A program made the position numbers and the translations under genes. From a virus, in UHGV virus genome UHGV-1720524: a stretch of 24,552 nucleotides of DNA. The stretch is one strand, 5' to 3'. Each line of letters begins with the position of its first letter. Position 1 is the first letter of the stretch. Shown one piece after another: positions 8,098 through 16,115 of this stretch. The notes below the pieces were generated by a model. The model ran no database searches, was not told where the DNA came from, and saw nothing but the letters and a program-made list of their open reading frames with translations.

Positions 8098-8361
8098 TTA
8101 GTTTGTTTTAGCTTTGTCATGCTGGTCGCGAATGAAGTCAGCCAATTTAAGCATCAATTCTTCGGGCATTCTAATGGTTGCAATGTTGTACTTTATGTTC
8201 TCAACATCGTCACTTTCATCAACAGGCCATTCAGTTACATTATGAAAAAAAGAAATTGAACCTAGGCGCTGAGAGCCGTCACCAAACGAAGAGTAGCCAA
8301 ACGCGTCGGCGTATGCATCGACACAGTTATTTGATTTTTTAACAAGTGTTTTATTACTCAT
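8098..8361 (-). CDS. Small protein (87 aa) with C-terminal ribbon-helix-helix-like segment, proximal gene of the repressor-linked moron
   Basis: ORF with GGAAAGG Shine-Dalgarno, 82 bp downstream of the repressor stop; YNIATIRMPEELMLKLADFIRDQ resembles a beta-strand/helix RHH motif; AT-rich. Confidence 0.5.
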   Translation of the reverse strand: MSNKTLVKKSNNCVDAYADAFGYSSFGDGSQRLGSISFFHNVTEWPVDESDDVENIKYNIATIRMPEELMLKLADFIRDQHDKAKTN

Positions 8362-8443
8362 TTTTTGCCTTTCCCGTAATGTTATTTTTTATAAGGTATT
8401 TTCTTCAGCGTATTACCCAAAAGCCTCATCAACACGCGGCTGA

Positions 8444-9133
8444 TTATCCGTGTTTTCTGTACGTCTGCGGCATGCTCCCAATAACCTTACCGAATATGAA
8501 TACCCGGTTCATCTCGTCTTTCTCGATCGGGTCCCACGGTGAGTAGCTCTTGTTATCAGAGATAACCAGTAGCTTATCCTTCATCATTTGCAGGCGCTTT
8601 ACATGGGCGGTGTCGTCATACAGAAACGCATAGATGCCATCACCGTCGAAAGATTTAACAGTGATATCAACGAACAGCAGGTCACCTGGTTCGATCGTCC
8701 CTGACATGCTGTCACCTCGCACGTTAATGATGCGGATATTTTCCGCCTTCCTGCCATCGAACATGTGACGAGCATCGTCAAACGAGTACTCAACCGAGCG
8801 TAGAACTTCTACAAACTCACGGTTGATTACACCTGGCCCGGCACTGACTTCTATATCAAGAACGTCAATTTTGAAGTATTTGGAATGGCTGACAGTTGAT
8901 TGTATTGGTTGCACTGTACTGTCTGACATATTTCCAACGCCAGAAGATAACCATTCTGCGCGTACACCCAAAGCGTTCGCGATCTCCACGATTTTAGTTG
9001 TTTGGTTAGCTTTCCCTGTTTCGATTTTCTGAATAGCAGCCTGGCTAACCCCGACCAAATCCCCAAGCGCCTTTTGTGTAAGGCCTCGCGCTAATCTGGC
9101 TTCTTTAAGTCTTTCTGAGAGTGTTGTTTTCAT
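8444..9133 (-). CDS. CI-type prophage repressor (N-terminal HTH, C-terminal LexA/S24-like autopeptidase domain), 229 aa
   Basis: N-terminal LTQKALGDLVGVSQAAIQKIETGK (HTH_XRE-like); C-terminal NVRGDSMSGTIEPGDLLFVD...VKRL matches the S24 Ser/Lys dyad context; divergent from a Cro-like gene across an operator region. Confidence 0.85.
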   Translation of the reverse strand: MKTTLSERLKEARLARGLTQKALGDLVGVSQAAIQKIETGKANQTTKIVEIANALGVRAEWLSSGVGNMSDSTVQPIQSTVSHSKYFKIDVLDIEVSAGPGVINREFVEVLRSVEYSFDDARHMFDGRKAENIRIINVRGDSMSGTIEPGDLLFVDITVKSFDGDGIYAFLYDDTAHVKRLQMMKDKLLVISDNKSYSPWDPIEKDEMNRVFIFGKVIGSMPQTYRKHG

Positions 9134-9139
9134 AGATCA

Positions 9140-9210
9140 AATGTACAACCAAGGTTTTATTTCATCAAACGAAAATGGTTGTTGACTAAAAACAACCATA
9201 GTTTTAATCT
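9140..9210 (+). promoter_or_regulatory. OR operators with pR (and divergent pRM) region
   Basis: TTGACT at 9172-9177, 17-nt spacer, TAATCT at 9195-9200; 9-bp inverted repeat ATGGTTGTT / AACAACCAT overlapping the promoter; sits between the divergent repressor and cro-like genes. Confidence 0.6.
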
Positions 9211-9237
9211 TGATTCGGATTAACCACGGAGGTTGTT

Positions 9238-9468
9238 ATGAACCCAGCAATCAAAACAGCGATCAATATCGTTGGTTCACAAAAGAAACTAGGCGATGCC
9301 TGCGAAGTTTCACAGCAGGCCGTCTATAAGTGGCTTCACAACAAAGCAAAGGTATCCCCTGAACATGTCGGCAGCATTGTTACGGCTACTGGTGGAGTTG
9401 TGAAGGCATACCAGATTCGCCCGGATCTTCCGAAGTTGTTTCCACACACCGAAAAGAACGCAGCTTAA
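9238..9468 (+). CDS. Cro-like HTH regulator of the YdaS family (76 aa)
   Basis: VGSQKKLGDACEVSQQAVYKWLHNK...IRPDL resembles Rac YdaS / Cro-type HTH proteins as recalled; GGAGG Shine-Dalgarno; first gene after pR. Confidence 0.7.
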   Translation: MNPAIKTAINIVGSQKKLGDACEVSQQAVYKWLHNKAKVSPEHVGSIVTATGGVVKAYQIRPDLPKLFPHTEKNAA

Positions 9469-9490
9469 ATTTCCATTTCACGCTCTTTAA

Positions 9491-9499
9491 CAATAAGCA
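9491..9499 (+). promoter_or_regulatory. boxA-like element (CGCTCTTTA) in the nutR position
   Basis: 9-mer matching the lambdoid boxA consensus CGCTCTT(T)A, located between cro and the cII-position gene; no obvious boxB hairpin nearby. Confidence 0.35.
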
Positions 9500-9537
9500 A
9501 TCAACTTAACAGTCAATTCAAACTAAAGGAGTCAATT

Positions 9538-10077
9538 ATGCAACCACTTACATACCAACAGACTAGCGGATTTATTCCGACTGCGGTGATAAATCGTTCT
9601 CAAACAAAACAAGCTCCAGGCCACGAAAAAATCCGTGATGCCGTCCGCGCCTGGTCGGCTGTAGATAATCAGGATGTCGTTGCCGCACTCATTGTGAATG
9701 AGTATCGGGAGCAGGGCGACGGCACCATCGATTTCCCTGATGATGTCAGCCGTGCACGCCAGAAGCTGTTCCGCTTCCTCGATAACAAATTCGATTCTGA
9801 AAAATACCGAAATAACGTGCGTGAACTGACCCCGGCAATTCTGGCGGTACTACCGCTGGAATATCGCGGTTACCTGGTTGAGCAGGATAGCTTCATGACT
9901 CGGTTGGCTGAAATGGAAAAGGAACTCAGTGAGGCAAAACAGGCTGTCATTCTCAACGCACCACGCCACCAGAAACTGAAGGAAATGAGTGAAGGTATTG
10001 TGTCGATGTTTCGTGTGGACCCGGATCTGGCTGGTCCATTAATGGCGATGGTGACCACCATGCTGGGGGCAATATGA
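9538..10077 (+). CDS. YdaT-like protein in the cII position (179 aa)
   Basis: LTPAILAVLPLEYRGYL and surrounding region resemble Rac YdaT (LIPAILAILPRELRHRL) as recalled; good Shine-Dalgarno (AAGGAG). Confidence 0.55.
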   Translation: MQPLTYQQTSGFIPTAVINRSQTKQAPGHEKIRDAVRAWSAVDNQDVVAALIVNEYREQGDGTIDFPDDVSRARQKLFRFLDNKFDSEKYRNNVRELTPAILAVLPLEYRGYLVEQDSFMTRLAEMEKELSEAKQAVILNAPRHQKLKEMSEGIVSMFRVDPDLAGPLMAMVTTMLGAI

Positions 10078-10163
10078 CAGGTCCAGAAATGGCGAAAGTC
10101 GGTCTGCGGGAACAGAACCGACTTTCAGGTGCAAATCGTAACACACTCATTGCGGGAGGAATT

Positions 10164-11093
10164 ATGGCAAACACTGCTGAGATATTCAATTTTCCAGTGC
10201 CGGATGCGGCACAAAAGGAGCCGCGCGTGGCAGATCTCGATGATGGTTATACGCGCATTGCAAATGAGTTGCTGGAAGCTGTGATGCTGGCCGGATTAAC
10301 ACAGCACCAGCTTCTGGTCTTCCTGGCTGTCATGCGCAAAACATATGGCTTTAATAAAAAACTGGATTGGGTGAGCAACGAGCAACTTTCCGAGTTGACC
10401 GGGATATTGCCGCACAAGTGTTCTGCTGCAAAAAGTGTTCTGGTAAAGCGTGGGATTTTTATTCAGAGCGGGCGGAATATCGGCATTAATAATGTGGTCA
10501 GTGAATGGTCAACATTACCCGAATCAGGTAAGAAAAATAAAGTTTACCTGAAAGAGGTAAATTTACCTGAATCAGGTAAGAAAAGTTTACCCAAATCAGG
10601 TAAAGGCACTTACCCGAATCAGGTAAACACAAAAGACAAACTAACAAAAGACAATATAAAACCTTATTCGTCCGAGAATTCTGGCGAATACTCTGACCAG
10701 CCAGAAAACGACCTTCCTGTGGTGAAACCGGATGCTGCGATTCAGAGCGGCAGCAAGTGGGGGACAGCAGAAGACCTGACCGCCGCAGAGTGGATGTTTG
10801 ACATGGTGAAGACCATCGCGCCATCAGCCAGAAAACCGAATTTTGCAGGGTGGGCTAACGATATCCGCCTGATGCGTGAGCGTGACGGGCGTAACCACCG
10901 CGATATGTGTGTACTGTTCCGCTGGGCATGCCAGGACAACTTCTGGTCCGGTAACGTGCTGAGTCCGGCCAAACTCCGCGACAAGTGGACCCAGCTCGAA
11001 ATCAACCGAAACAAGCAACAGGCTGGCGTGACAGCCGGCAAACCAAAACTCGACCTGACGAACACTGACTGGATTTACGGGGTGGATTTATGA
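10164..11093 (+). CDS. O: Replication initiator O (lambda O-like; start taken at MANTAEIFNF with GGGAGGA Shine-Dalgarno)
   Basis: N-terminal VADLDDGY.R..N.LLEA...L...Q..V.LA..RKTYG.NK....I...QLSE.T resembles lambda O; ori-type iterons lie inside the gene as in lambda. Confidence 0.85.
   Translation: MANTAEIFNFPVPDAAQKEPRVADLDDGYTRIANELLEAVMLAGLTQHQLLVFLAVMRKTYGFNKKLDWVSNEQLSELTGILPHKCSAAKSVLVKRGIFIQSGRNIGINNVVSEWSTLPESGKKNKVYLKEVNLPESGKKSLPKSGKGTYPNQVNTKDKLTKDNIKPYSSENSGEYSDQPENDLPVVKPDAAIQSGSKWGTAEDLTAAEWMFDMVKTIAPSARKPNFAGWANDIRLMRERDGRNHRDMCVLFRWACQDNFWSGNVLSPAKLRDKWTQLEINRNKQQAGVTAGKPKLDLTNTDWIYGVDL
10516..10628. repeat. Replication origin iterons (4 direct repeats of ~18 bp, consensus TTACCCGAATCAGGTAAG) within O, followed by an A-rich tract
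   Basis: Direct repeats at about 10516-10533, 10562-10580, 10586-10605 and 10610-10628, plus a partial inverted copy at 10541-10562; A-rich stretch 10625-10665. Confidence 0.8.
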
Positions 11094-11791
11094 AAAACAT
11101 CGCCGCACAGATGGTTAACTTTGACCGTGAGCAGATGCGCCGGATCGCCAACAATATGCTGGAACAGTACGACGAAAAGCCGCAGGTACAGCAGGTAGCG
11201 CAGATCATCAACGGTGTGTTCAGCCAGTTACTGGCAACTTTCCCTGCGAGCCTGGCTAACCGGGATCAGAACGAACTGAACGAAATCCGCCGCCAGTGGG
11301 TTCTGGCTTTCCGGGAAAACGGGATCACCACAATGGAACAGGTTAACGCAGGAATGCGCGTAGCCCGTCGGCAGAATCGACCATTCCTGCCATCACCCGG
11401 GCAGTTTGTTGCATGGTGCCGGGAAGAAGCATCCGTTATCGCCGGACTGCCAAACGTCAGCGAGCTGGTTGATATGGTTTACGAGTATTGCCGGAAGCGA
11501 GGCCTGTATCCGGATGCGGAGTCTTATCCGTGGAAATCAAACGCGCACTACTGGCTGGTTACCAACCTGTATCAGAACATGCGGGCCAATGCGTTGACTG
11601 ACGCGGAATTACGGCGCAAGGCTGCCGATGAACTGTCCTGTATGACCGCACGAATTAACCGTGGTGAGGCTATACCTGAACCAGTAAAACAACTTCCTGT
11701 CATGGGCGGTAGACCACTTAACCGGGCTCAGGCTCTGGCGAAGATCGCAGAAATCAAAGCTAAGTTCGGACTGAAAGGAGCCAGTGTATGA
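11090..11791 (+). CDS. P: Replication protein P (DnaB helicase loader), 233 aa
   Basis: MKNIAAQMVNFDREQMRRIANNMLEQYDEKPQVQQVAQIINGVFSQLLATFP... matches lambda P almost residue for residue from memory. Confidence 0.95.
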   Translation: MKNIAAQMVNFDREQMRRIANNMLEQYDEKPQVQQVAQIINGVFSQLLATFPASLANRDQNELNEIRRQWVLAFRENGITTMEQVNAGMRVARRQNRPFLPSPGQFVAWCREEASVIAGLPNVSELVDMVYEYCRKRGLYPDAESYPWKSNAHYWLVTNLYQNMRANALTDAELRRKAADELSCMTARINRGEAIPEPVKQLPVMGGRPLNRAQALAKIAEIKAKFGLKGASV

Positions 11792-12081
11792 CAGGCAAAG
11801 AGGCAATTCTTCACTACCTGAAAACGCACCGGACTTTCTGCGCGCCGGATGTAGCTGCGGCAACAGGCGCAACAGTAACCAGCATAAATCAGGCTGCGGC
11901 TAAAATGGCGCGGGCAGGAATCTTGGTCATTGATGGTAAGGTCTGGCGAACGGTGTATTACAGATTCGCTACCAGGGAAGAACGGGAAGGAAAGGTGAGC
12001 ACTAACCTGATTTTTAAGGAGTGTCGCCAGAGTGCCGCGATGAAGCGGGTGTTGATGGTTTGGGGGAGGGTAGGGGTATGA
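11788..12081 (+). CDS. ren: Ren (97 aa)
   Basis: MTGKEAILHYLKTHRTFCAPDVAAATGATVTSINQAAAKMARAGILVIDGKVWRTVYYRFATREEREGKV... matches lambda Ren. Confidence 0.9.
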   Translation: MTGKEAILHYLKTHRTFCAPDVAAATGATVTSINQAAAKMARAGILVIDGKVWRTVYYRFATREEREGKVSTNLIFKECRQSAAMKRVLMVWGRVGV

Positions 12082-12278
12082 GCATGATGGATTTCGCAGA
12101 AACTAAAAAGGCTATCGACGCCATCACAACCGACTGGTCTATCCGAGGACCGTATCACGAAGACGACGGGAAATATTACGCCTTGCTTCGTGGAGAGTGG
12201 GTTGGTGGCGGGTATATCGGAAAACGGAAAGCCCTTGATGCCATTCTCGAAAAGTTAATCCAGGAGGCCGCCCAATGA
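12078..12278 (+). CDS. Hypothetical protein (66 aa from MSMMDFAETKK)
   Basis: ORF with ATGA overlap to the ren stop and a G-rich Shine-Dalgarno; the track ORF 12021-12278 is an N-terminally extended version. Confidence 0.5.
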   Translation: MSMMDFAETKKAIDAITTDWSIRGPYHEDDGKYYALLRGEWVGGGYIGKRKALDAILEKLIQEAAQ

Positions 12279-12505
12279 GCAACATCGACAAACCAATGAC
12301 AAACCGTGAACTGGTGGATGCCGCCATTGAATTGGCCGGAGAGTTTTATGCGATGCAGGGCTATTCGCATCGTCCTGGCTTCAAGTATTGGCAATCTCCG
12401 CACCCGCATGAGCGCCTGTGCTTTGAAATGGCTTGCGTGGCATTCGAAACCATTCGCGGCTCAGATGTAATGGACGCCGTATCTGAGTTGGAGGATGAAG
12501 AATGA
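12275..12505 (+). CDS. Hypothetical protein (76 aa), starts MSNIDK
   Basis: Translationally coupled ORF; first 19 nt (ATGAGCAACATCGACAAAC) identical to the start of the next gene. Confidence 0.5.
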   Translation: MSNIDKPMTNRELVDAAIELAGEFYAMQGYSHRPGFKYWQSPHPHERLCFEMACVAFETIRGSDVMDAVSELEDEE

Positions 12506-12915
12506 GCAACATCGACAAACGCGCATTACGTGAAATCGCTGAGGCAGCAGTTGGTGCGCATGAGCGCCTTAGTGTTATGCCGCCTGATGACATTTTCGAT
12601 ATCTCACTGGCAGAAGGAACTCAGCTTGATGCAGATATCACTGCCTTGAACGCGCTGAACTCCGCAGCCAACCCAGCCACAGTGCTGGCGCTGCTGGATG
12701 AGCTGGAAGCCAAAGACCAGAGGATTGCTGTGCTGACCGAATCGCTCAAGCAGACGGTTTCAGGATACAAATCCTGCCTGCGTACCGGACATGAGCGCAT
12801 TCTTGACCTTGGCGGTGACTGTGACGCGCCAGAAGTGATGATTGCAGGCAATCCTGACATTCAGCAGGCGCAGAAGCTGATCGCCGCCGCATCCGGTAAA
12901 GGAGAGGCATCATGA
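12502..12915 (+). CDS. Ea22-like protein (137 aa), paralog of 3686-4093
   Basis: Shares ANPATVLALLDELEAKDQRIA with the minus-strand Ea22-like ORF. Confidence 0.55.
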   Translation: MSNIDKRALREIAEAAVGAHERLSVMPPDDIFDISLAEGTQLDADITALNALNSAANPATVLALLDELEAKDQRIAVLTESLKQTVSGYKSCLRTGHERILDLGGDCDAPEVMIAGNPDIQQAQKLIAAASGKGEAS

Positions 12916-13718
12916 GCACTATTACCAAACAATGGCTGCAGCAGAAAATTGCCGACATGGAAGCAGCCAGAGATGAAATCCCGTTCGGTCTGGACGAAGG
13001 CGACAGCAACACGCTGGCGGCACTGCGTATCGCGCTGGCATCGCTCGAAGCGGAGCCTGCCATTCACCGGTGGCGTCGTGTGACCTCTGAGCCATACGGC
13101 CCCTATCCTTGGCATTATGGTGATTTTATCGGCTTCTCAAAGCCCGTTGATGGGATTGAGGATGAGTATTTTTACTCCGCCCCGCCAGAGCCAGCCAATG
13201 CCGAAACCGTAGCCTGGCTGTGGTCACACAGGAAACACCCGAGCGAAGTCACGCTTGTTCGCCCTGAAGATGATGAGAGAGCGGAGGGTGCTCACTGGTC
13301 TGGCTGGAGTTGTCAGGCGCTTTATGCAGCACCGCCAGTTCCGGTATCTGTGCCCACATTCGAGAAATGGTGTGAGTTGACTGAGCAGAAACCTGTCGGA
13401 TGGGTGCGTGATGCTATGAAAGAAGCGTATGACGGATGCCGCGACGCCATGCTTCAGGGTGCCGAAAAAGCCGAGTCGCCCACCACCATGCAGACCGCGC
13501 CAGCCCTAGATTCTTCGCCAAAAATTTCCGAGTCGCCCGTCAGCAACTCTCCGGTGATTCCGGATGGTTGGGTGCTGGTTCCTAAGGAGCCAACTCCAGA
13601 AATGCGTGAGGCGTACCATCAGGCGCAGGAAGAGTGTGAAGATGGCGGTAGATTATGGAGCCCAGACCACCAATGGAAGGCCATGATCGCAGCAGCACCG
13701 CAGCAGGAGGCGAAGTGA
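12912..13718 (+). CDS. DUF551-like protein (268 aa), paralog of 2121-2918
   Basis: Shares N-terminal M(S/T)TITK, ALRIALASLE and NSPVIPDGW motifs with 2121-2918; the DNA encoding NSPVIPDG is nearly identical between the copies. Confidence 0.5.
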   Translation: MSTITKQWLQQKIADMEAARDEIPFGLDEGDSNTLAALRIALASLEAEPAIHRWRRVTSEPYGPYPWHYGDFIGFSKPVDGIEDEYFYSAPPEPANAETVAWLWSHRKHPSEVTLVRPEDDERAEGAHWSGWSCQALYAAPPVPVSVPTFEKWCELTEQKPVGWVRDAMKEAYDGCRDAMLQGAEKAESPTTMQTAPALDSSPKISESPVSNSPVIPDGWVLVPKEPTPEMREAYHQAQEECEDGGRLWSPDHQWKAMIAAAPQQEAK

Positions 13719-13742
13719 TTATGTCGTGACAGCATAATTGCG

Positions 13743-13964
13743 ATGTCAACGATAAGCAGAGGTTTGAAAATGAAATCACAATCACCAGTGCAGCATGAAG
13801 TTAACATCGACGGCAAAGAGTATGTTGTCACAGTAGTCCAAACCGGCAAGTCAACGTGGAGGGCATGGGGAGATTCCTGGGGGCGCCATATAGTCGAAAC
13901 AGGTTCTAGCGAACATAGCGCGCTTTCTCATTGGAAAGCAAAAGCTTTAGTTATGAATGGGTAG
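13743..13964 (+). CDS. Hypothetical protein (73 aa; may start at MKSQSP, 13770)
   Basis: ORF followed by a hairpin plus T-run. Confidence 0.4.
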   Translation: MSTISRGLKMKSQSPVQHEVNIDGKEYVVTVVQTGKSTWRAWGDSWGRHIVETGSSEHSALSHWKAKALVMNG

Positions 13965-13987
13965 CGCGGAAACTTTGAAGGTATAAT

Positions 13988-14013
13988 CCCCTCAAATAAT
14001 CGAGGGGGTTTTT
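13988..14013 (+). terminator. Hairpin plus T-run directly upstream of the moron ATG (terminator and/or Shine-Dalgarno-sequestering structure)
   Basis: CCCCTC-AAATAATC-GAGGGG followed by GTTTTT and then ATG at 14014; the 3' arm GAGGGGG is also the only Shine-Dalgarno for that gene; TATAAT at 13982-13987 sits just upstream. Confidence 0.45.
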
Positions 14014-14523
14014 ATGTCTGGTTGGGATAACGGTATAGATGCAGTTTCTGCGATTGCAGCTATCGCATCTGCGGTAGCAACTTATTTAGCATGGCGATCC
14101 TCAGAAGCTAGCAGGGCCACATCCGAAAAAGCTTTGCAGTTGCAAGGAAAGCAGTATTTGTACGAGACATTAAAAGCTTGCGCTGAGAGAGCGAATTCAT
14201 ACTCAAAAGGAAAGAAAGGGGCTGACTGGAGCTTTCATGACGCAGCCAATATTGTTCGATGTTTGAACATGGCAATGGGGAGCATAATAAATTACTCAGA
14301 TACCAACAATCAGGATGCAATGAAAGGTCTGAAGCAATTCTTTATTAGCCAATTAAACATGGAGCTTTTTGAAGAGCTCAACTATGAGGTTGGGCCTGAT
14401 GCCTTCTTTCACGGAGAGGAGCTAACCAGCATGACGAGCGATATTTACTCGCAGTGGTTAAACATTATTTCATTCTTTAACCTCATGATTGTCACAGATG
14501 ATGACCTCGCCGATGAAACATAG
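14014..14523 (+). CDS. Membrane-anchored protein of unknown function (169 aa), nin-region moron
   Basis: N-terminal hydrophobic helix IDAVSAIAAIASAVATYLAW; lower GC than flanking phage genes; bracketed by the hairpin upstream and a ~190-bp non-coding gap downstream. Confidence 0.55.
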   Translation: MSGWDNGIDAVSAIAAIASAVATYLAWRSSEASRATSEKALQLQGKQYLYETLKACAERANSYSKGKKGADWSFHDAANIVRCLNMAMGSIINYSDTNNQDAMKGLKQFFISQLNMELFEELNYEVGPDAFFHGEELTSMTSDIYSQWLNIISFFNLMIVTDDDLADET

Positions 14524-14710
14524 CTTGATTGATTTTCCATAATCAACCCGCCATAATCATGTCATCGGAGCCTGAACAACTCCGGTGACTTCTGCGCTAA
14601 ACGGGGACGTTTATGCGCACATACAATCCAAACTCACTTCTCCCGTCACAGATGCAGAAATGCACCTGCGATTTTTTGTATTCTGCGTTTTACCTCTACG
14701 GAGGTGAAGC

Positions 14711-15166
14711 GTGAACCTCCCACAAGACGGCATCAAACTACATCGCGGCAACTTCACCGCTATCGGCCAGCAGATCCAGCCTTATCTGGAGGACGGAAAA
14801 TGCTTTCGCATGGTGCTTAAACCGTGGCGTGAGAAACGCAGTCTTTCCCAGAATGCACTCAGCCACATGTGGTACAGCGAAATCAGTGAATACCTCATCA
14901 GCAGGGGTAAAACGTTCGCCACTCCAGCTTGGGTAAAAGATGCTCTCAAACACACATATCTCGGTTATGAAACCAAAGACCTGGTTGATGTCGTAACCGG
15001 TGATATCACCACTATCCAGTCGTTACGCCATACCTCCGACCTTGATACCGGAGAGATGTATGTCTTCCTGTGTAAGGTTGAAGCCTGGGCGATGAATATT
15101 GGCTGCCACCTGACTATTCCGCAGAGCTGCGAGTTCCAGCTGCTGCGTGATAAGCAGGAGGCGTAA
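14711..15166 (+). CDS. ninB: NinB-family recombination protein (GTG start), 151 aa
   Basis: [21 protein letters not shown] resembles the NinB RSLDQN...W motif as recalled; position upstream of ninE/rusA/Q. Confidence 0.65.
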   Translation: MNLPQDGIKLHRGNFTAIGQQIQPYLEDGKCFRMVLKPWREKRSLSQNALSHMWYSEISEYLISRGKTFATPAWVKDALKHTYLGYETKDLVDVVTGDITTIQSLRHTSDLDTGEMYVFLCKVEAWAMNIGCHLTIPQSCEFQLLRDKQEA

Positions 15167-15336
15167 TGGCTACACCGCTTATTCGTGTCATGAACGGACA
15201 CATCTACAAAGTACCAAATCGTCGTAAGCGTAAGCCTGAGCTGAAACCATCCGAAATACCAACACTGCTCGGATATACCGCCAGCCTGGTTGATAAAAAA
15301 TGGTTGCGACTGGCAGCTAGGAGGAATCATGGCTGA
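15166..15336 (+). CDS. ninE: NinE-like small basic protein (56 aa)
   Basis: Hand translation [56 protein letters not shown]; stop/start overlaps on both sides; below the track cutoff. Confidence 0.5.
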   Translation: MATPLIRVMNGHIYKVPNRRKRKPELKPSEIPTLLGYTASLVDKKWLRLAARRNHG

Positions 15337-15619
15337 TTTGAGAAAAGCAGCGCGTGGTCGGGAATGCCAGGTAAGAATCCCTGGCGTATGTAATGGCAAT
15401 CCTGAAACGTCTGTACTGGCACATATCCGGCTGGCTGGATTGTGCGGTACCGGTATCAAACCGCCAGACCTGATTGCCACCATTGCATGTTCTGCCTGTC
15501 ACGACGAGATCGACCGTCGCACGCATTTTGTTGACGCTGGATATGCAAAAGAATGCGCGCTGGAAGGTATGGCGAGAACGCAGGTTATCTGGCTGAAAGA
15601 GGGGGTAATTAAGGCGTGA
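15330..15619 (+). CDS. ybcO: DUF1364 / YbcO-like Cys-rich protein (96 aa from [11 protein letters not shown])
   Basis: [30 protein letters not shown]...[11 protein letters not shown] resembles DLP12 YbcO as recalled; AGGAGG Shine-Dalgarno before the MADL start. Confidence 0.6.
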
Positions 15620-15978
15620 ATACCTACAATATCACATTACCCTGGCCGCCGAGCAATAATCGCTATTACCGCCATAATCGCGGGCGCACGCACATCAGCG
15701 CAGAGGGGCAGGCATACCGCGAAAACGTCGCCCGAATCATTAAAAACGCAATGCTGGATATCGGCCTGGCTATGCCTGTGAAAATCCGCATTGAGTGTCA
15801 CATGCCGGATCGCCGTCGCCGTGACCTGGATAATCTACAAAAGGCCGCTTTTGACGCACTCACCAAAGCAGGTTTCTGGCTGGATGATGCTCAGGTCGTT
15901 GATTACCGCGTTGTGAAGATGCCGGTTGTCAAAGGTGGAAAGCTGGAACTGACCATCACTGAACAGGGAGATGAATGA
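15616..15978 (+). CDS. rusA: Holliday junction resolvase RusA (120 aa)
   Basis: [91 protein letters not shown]... matches RusA from memory. Confidence 0.92.
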   Translation: MNTYNITLPWPPSNNRYYRHNRGRTHISAEGQAYRENVARIIKNAMLDIGLAMPVKIRIECHMPDRRRRDLDNLQKAAFDALTKAGFWLDDAQVVDYRVVKMPVVKGGKLELTITEQGDE

Positions 15979-16115
15979 TGTTTGAGTTTTATATGGCAGA
16001 ACTTCTTCGCCACCGCTGGATGCGCCTGCGCTTATATCGTTTCCCCGGTTCTGTTTTGACCGATTACCGAATACTGAAGAATTACGCCAAAACACTGACA
16101 GGAGCAGGAGTATGA
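15975..16115 (+). CDS. ylcG: YlcG-like small protein (about 46 aa)
   Basis: Hand translation [46 protein letters not shown]; ATGA overlap with the rusA stop; below the track cutoff. Confidence 0.5.
   Translation: MMFEFYMAELLRHRWMRLRLYRFPGSVLTDYRILKNYAKTLTGAGV

Noticed and set aside
10516-10628. Direct repeats considered as a possible CRISPR array
   Set aside because: Only four imperfect repeats with spacers of just a few bp, embedded in frame in the O gene; this is the architecture of a lambdoid replication origin, not a CRISPR array.
10498-11211. Several minus-strand ORFs (64-108 aa) within O and the start of P
   Set aside because: Antisense to well-supported replication genes; they arise from the repetitive iteron region and GC-rich codon bias.
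12021-12077. N-terminal extension of the ORF after ren (track start at 12021)
   Set aside because: The downstream ATG at 12078 has a G-rich Shine-Dalgarno and ATGA coupling to the ren stop; the extension overlaps ren in another frame.
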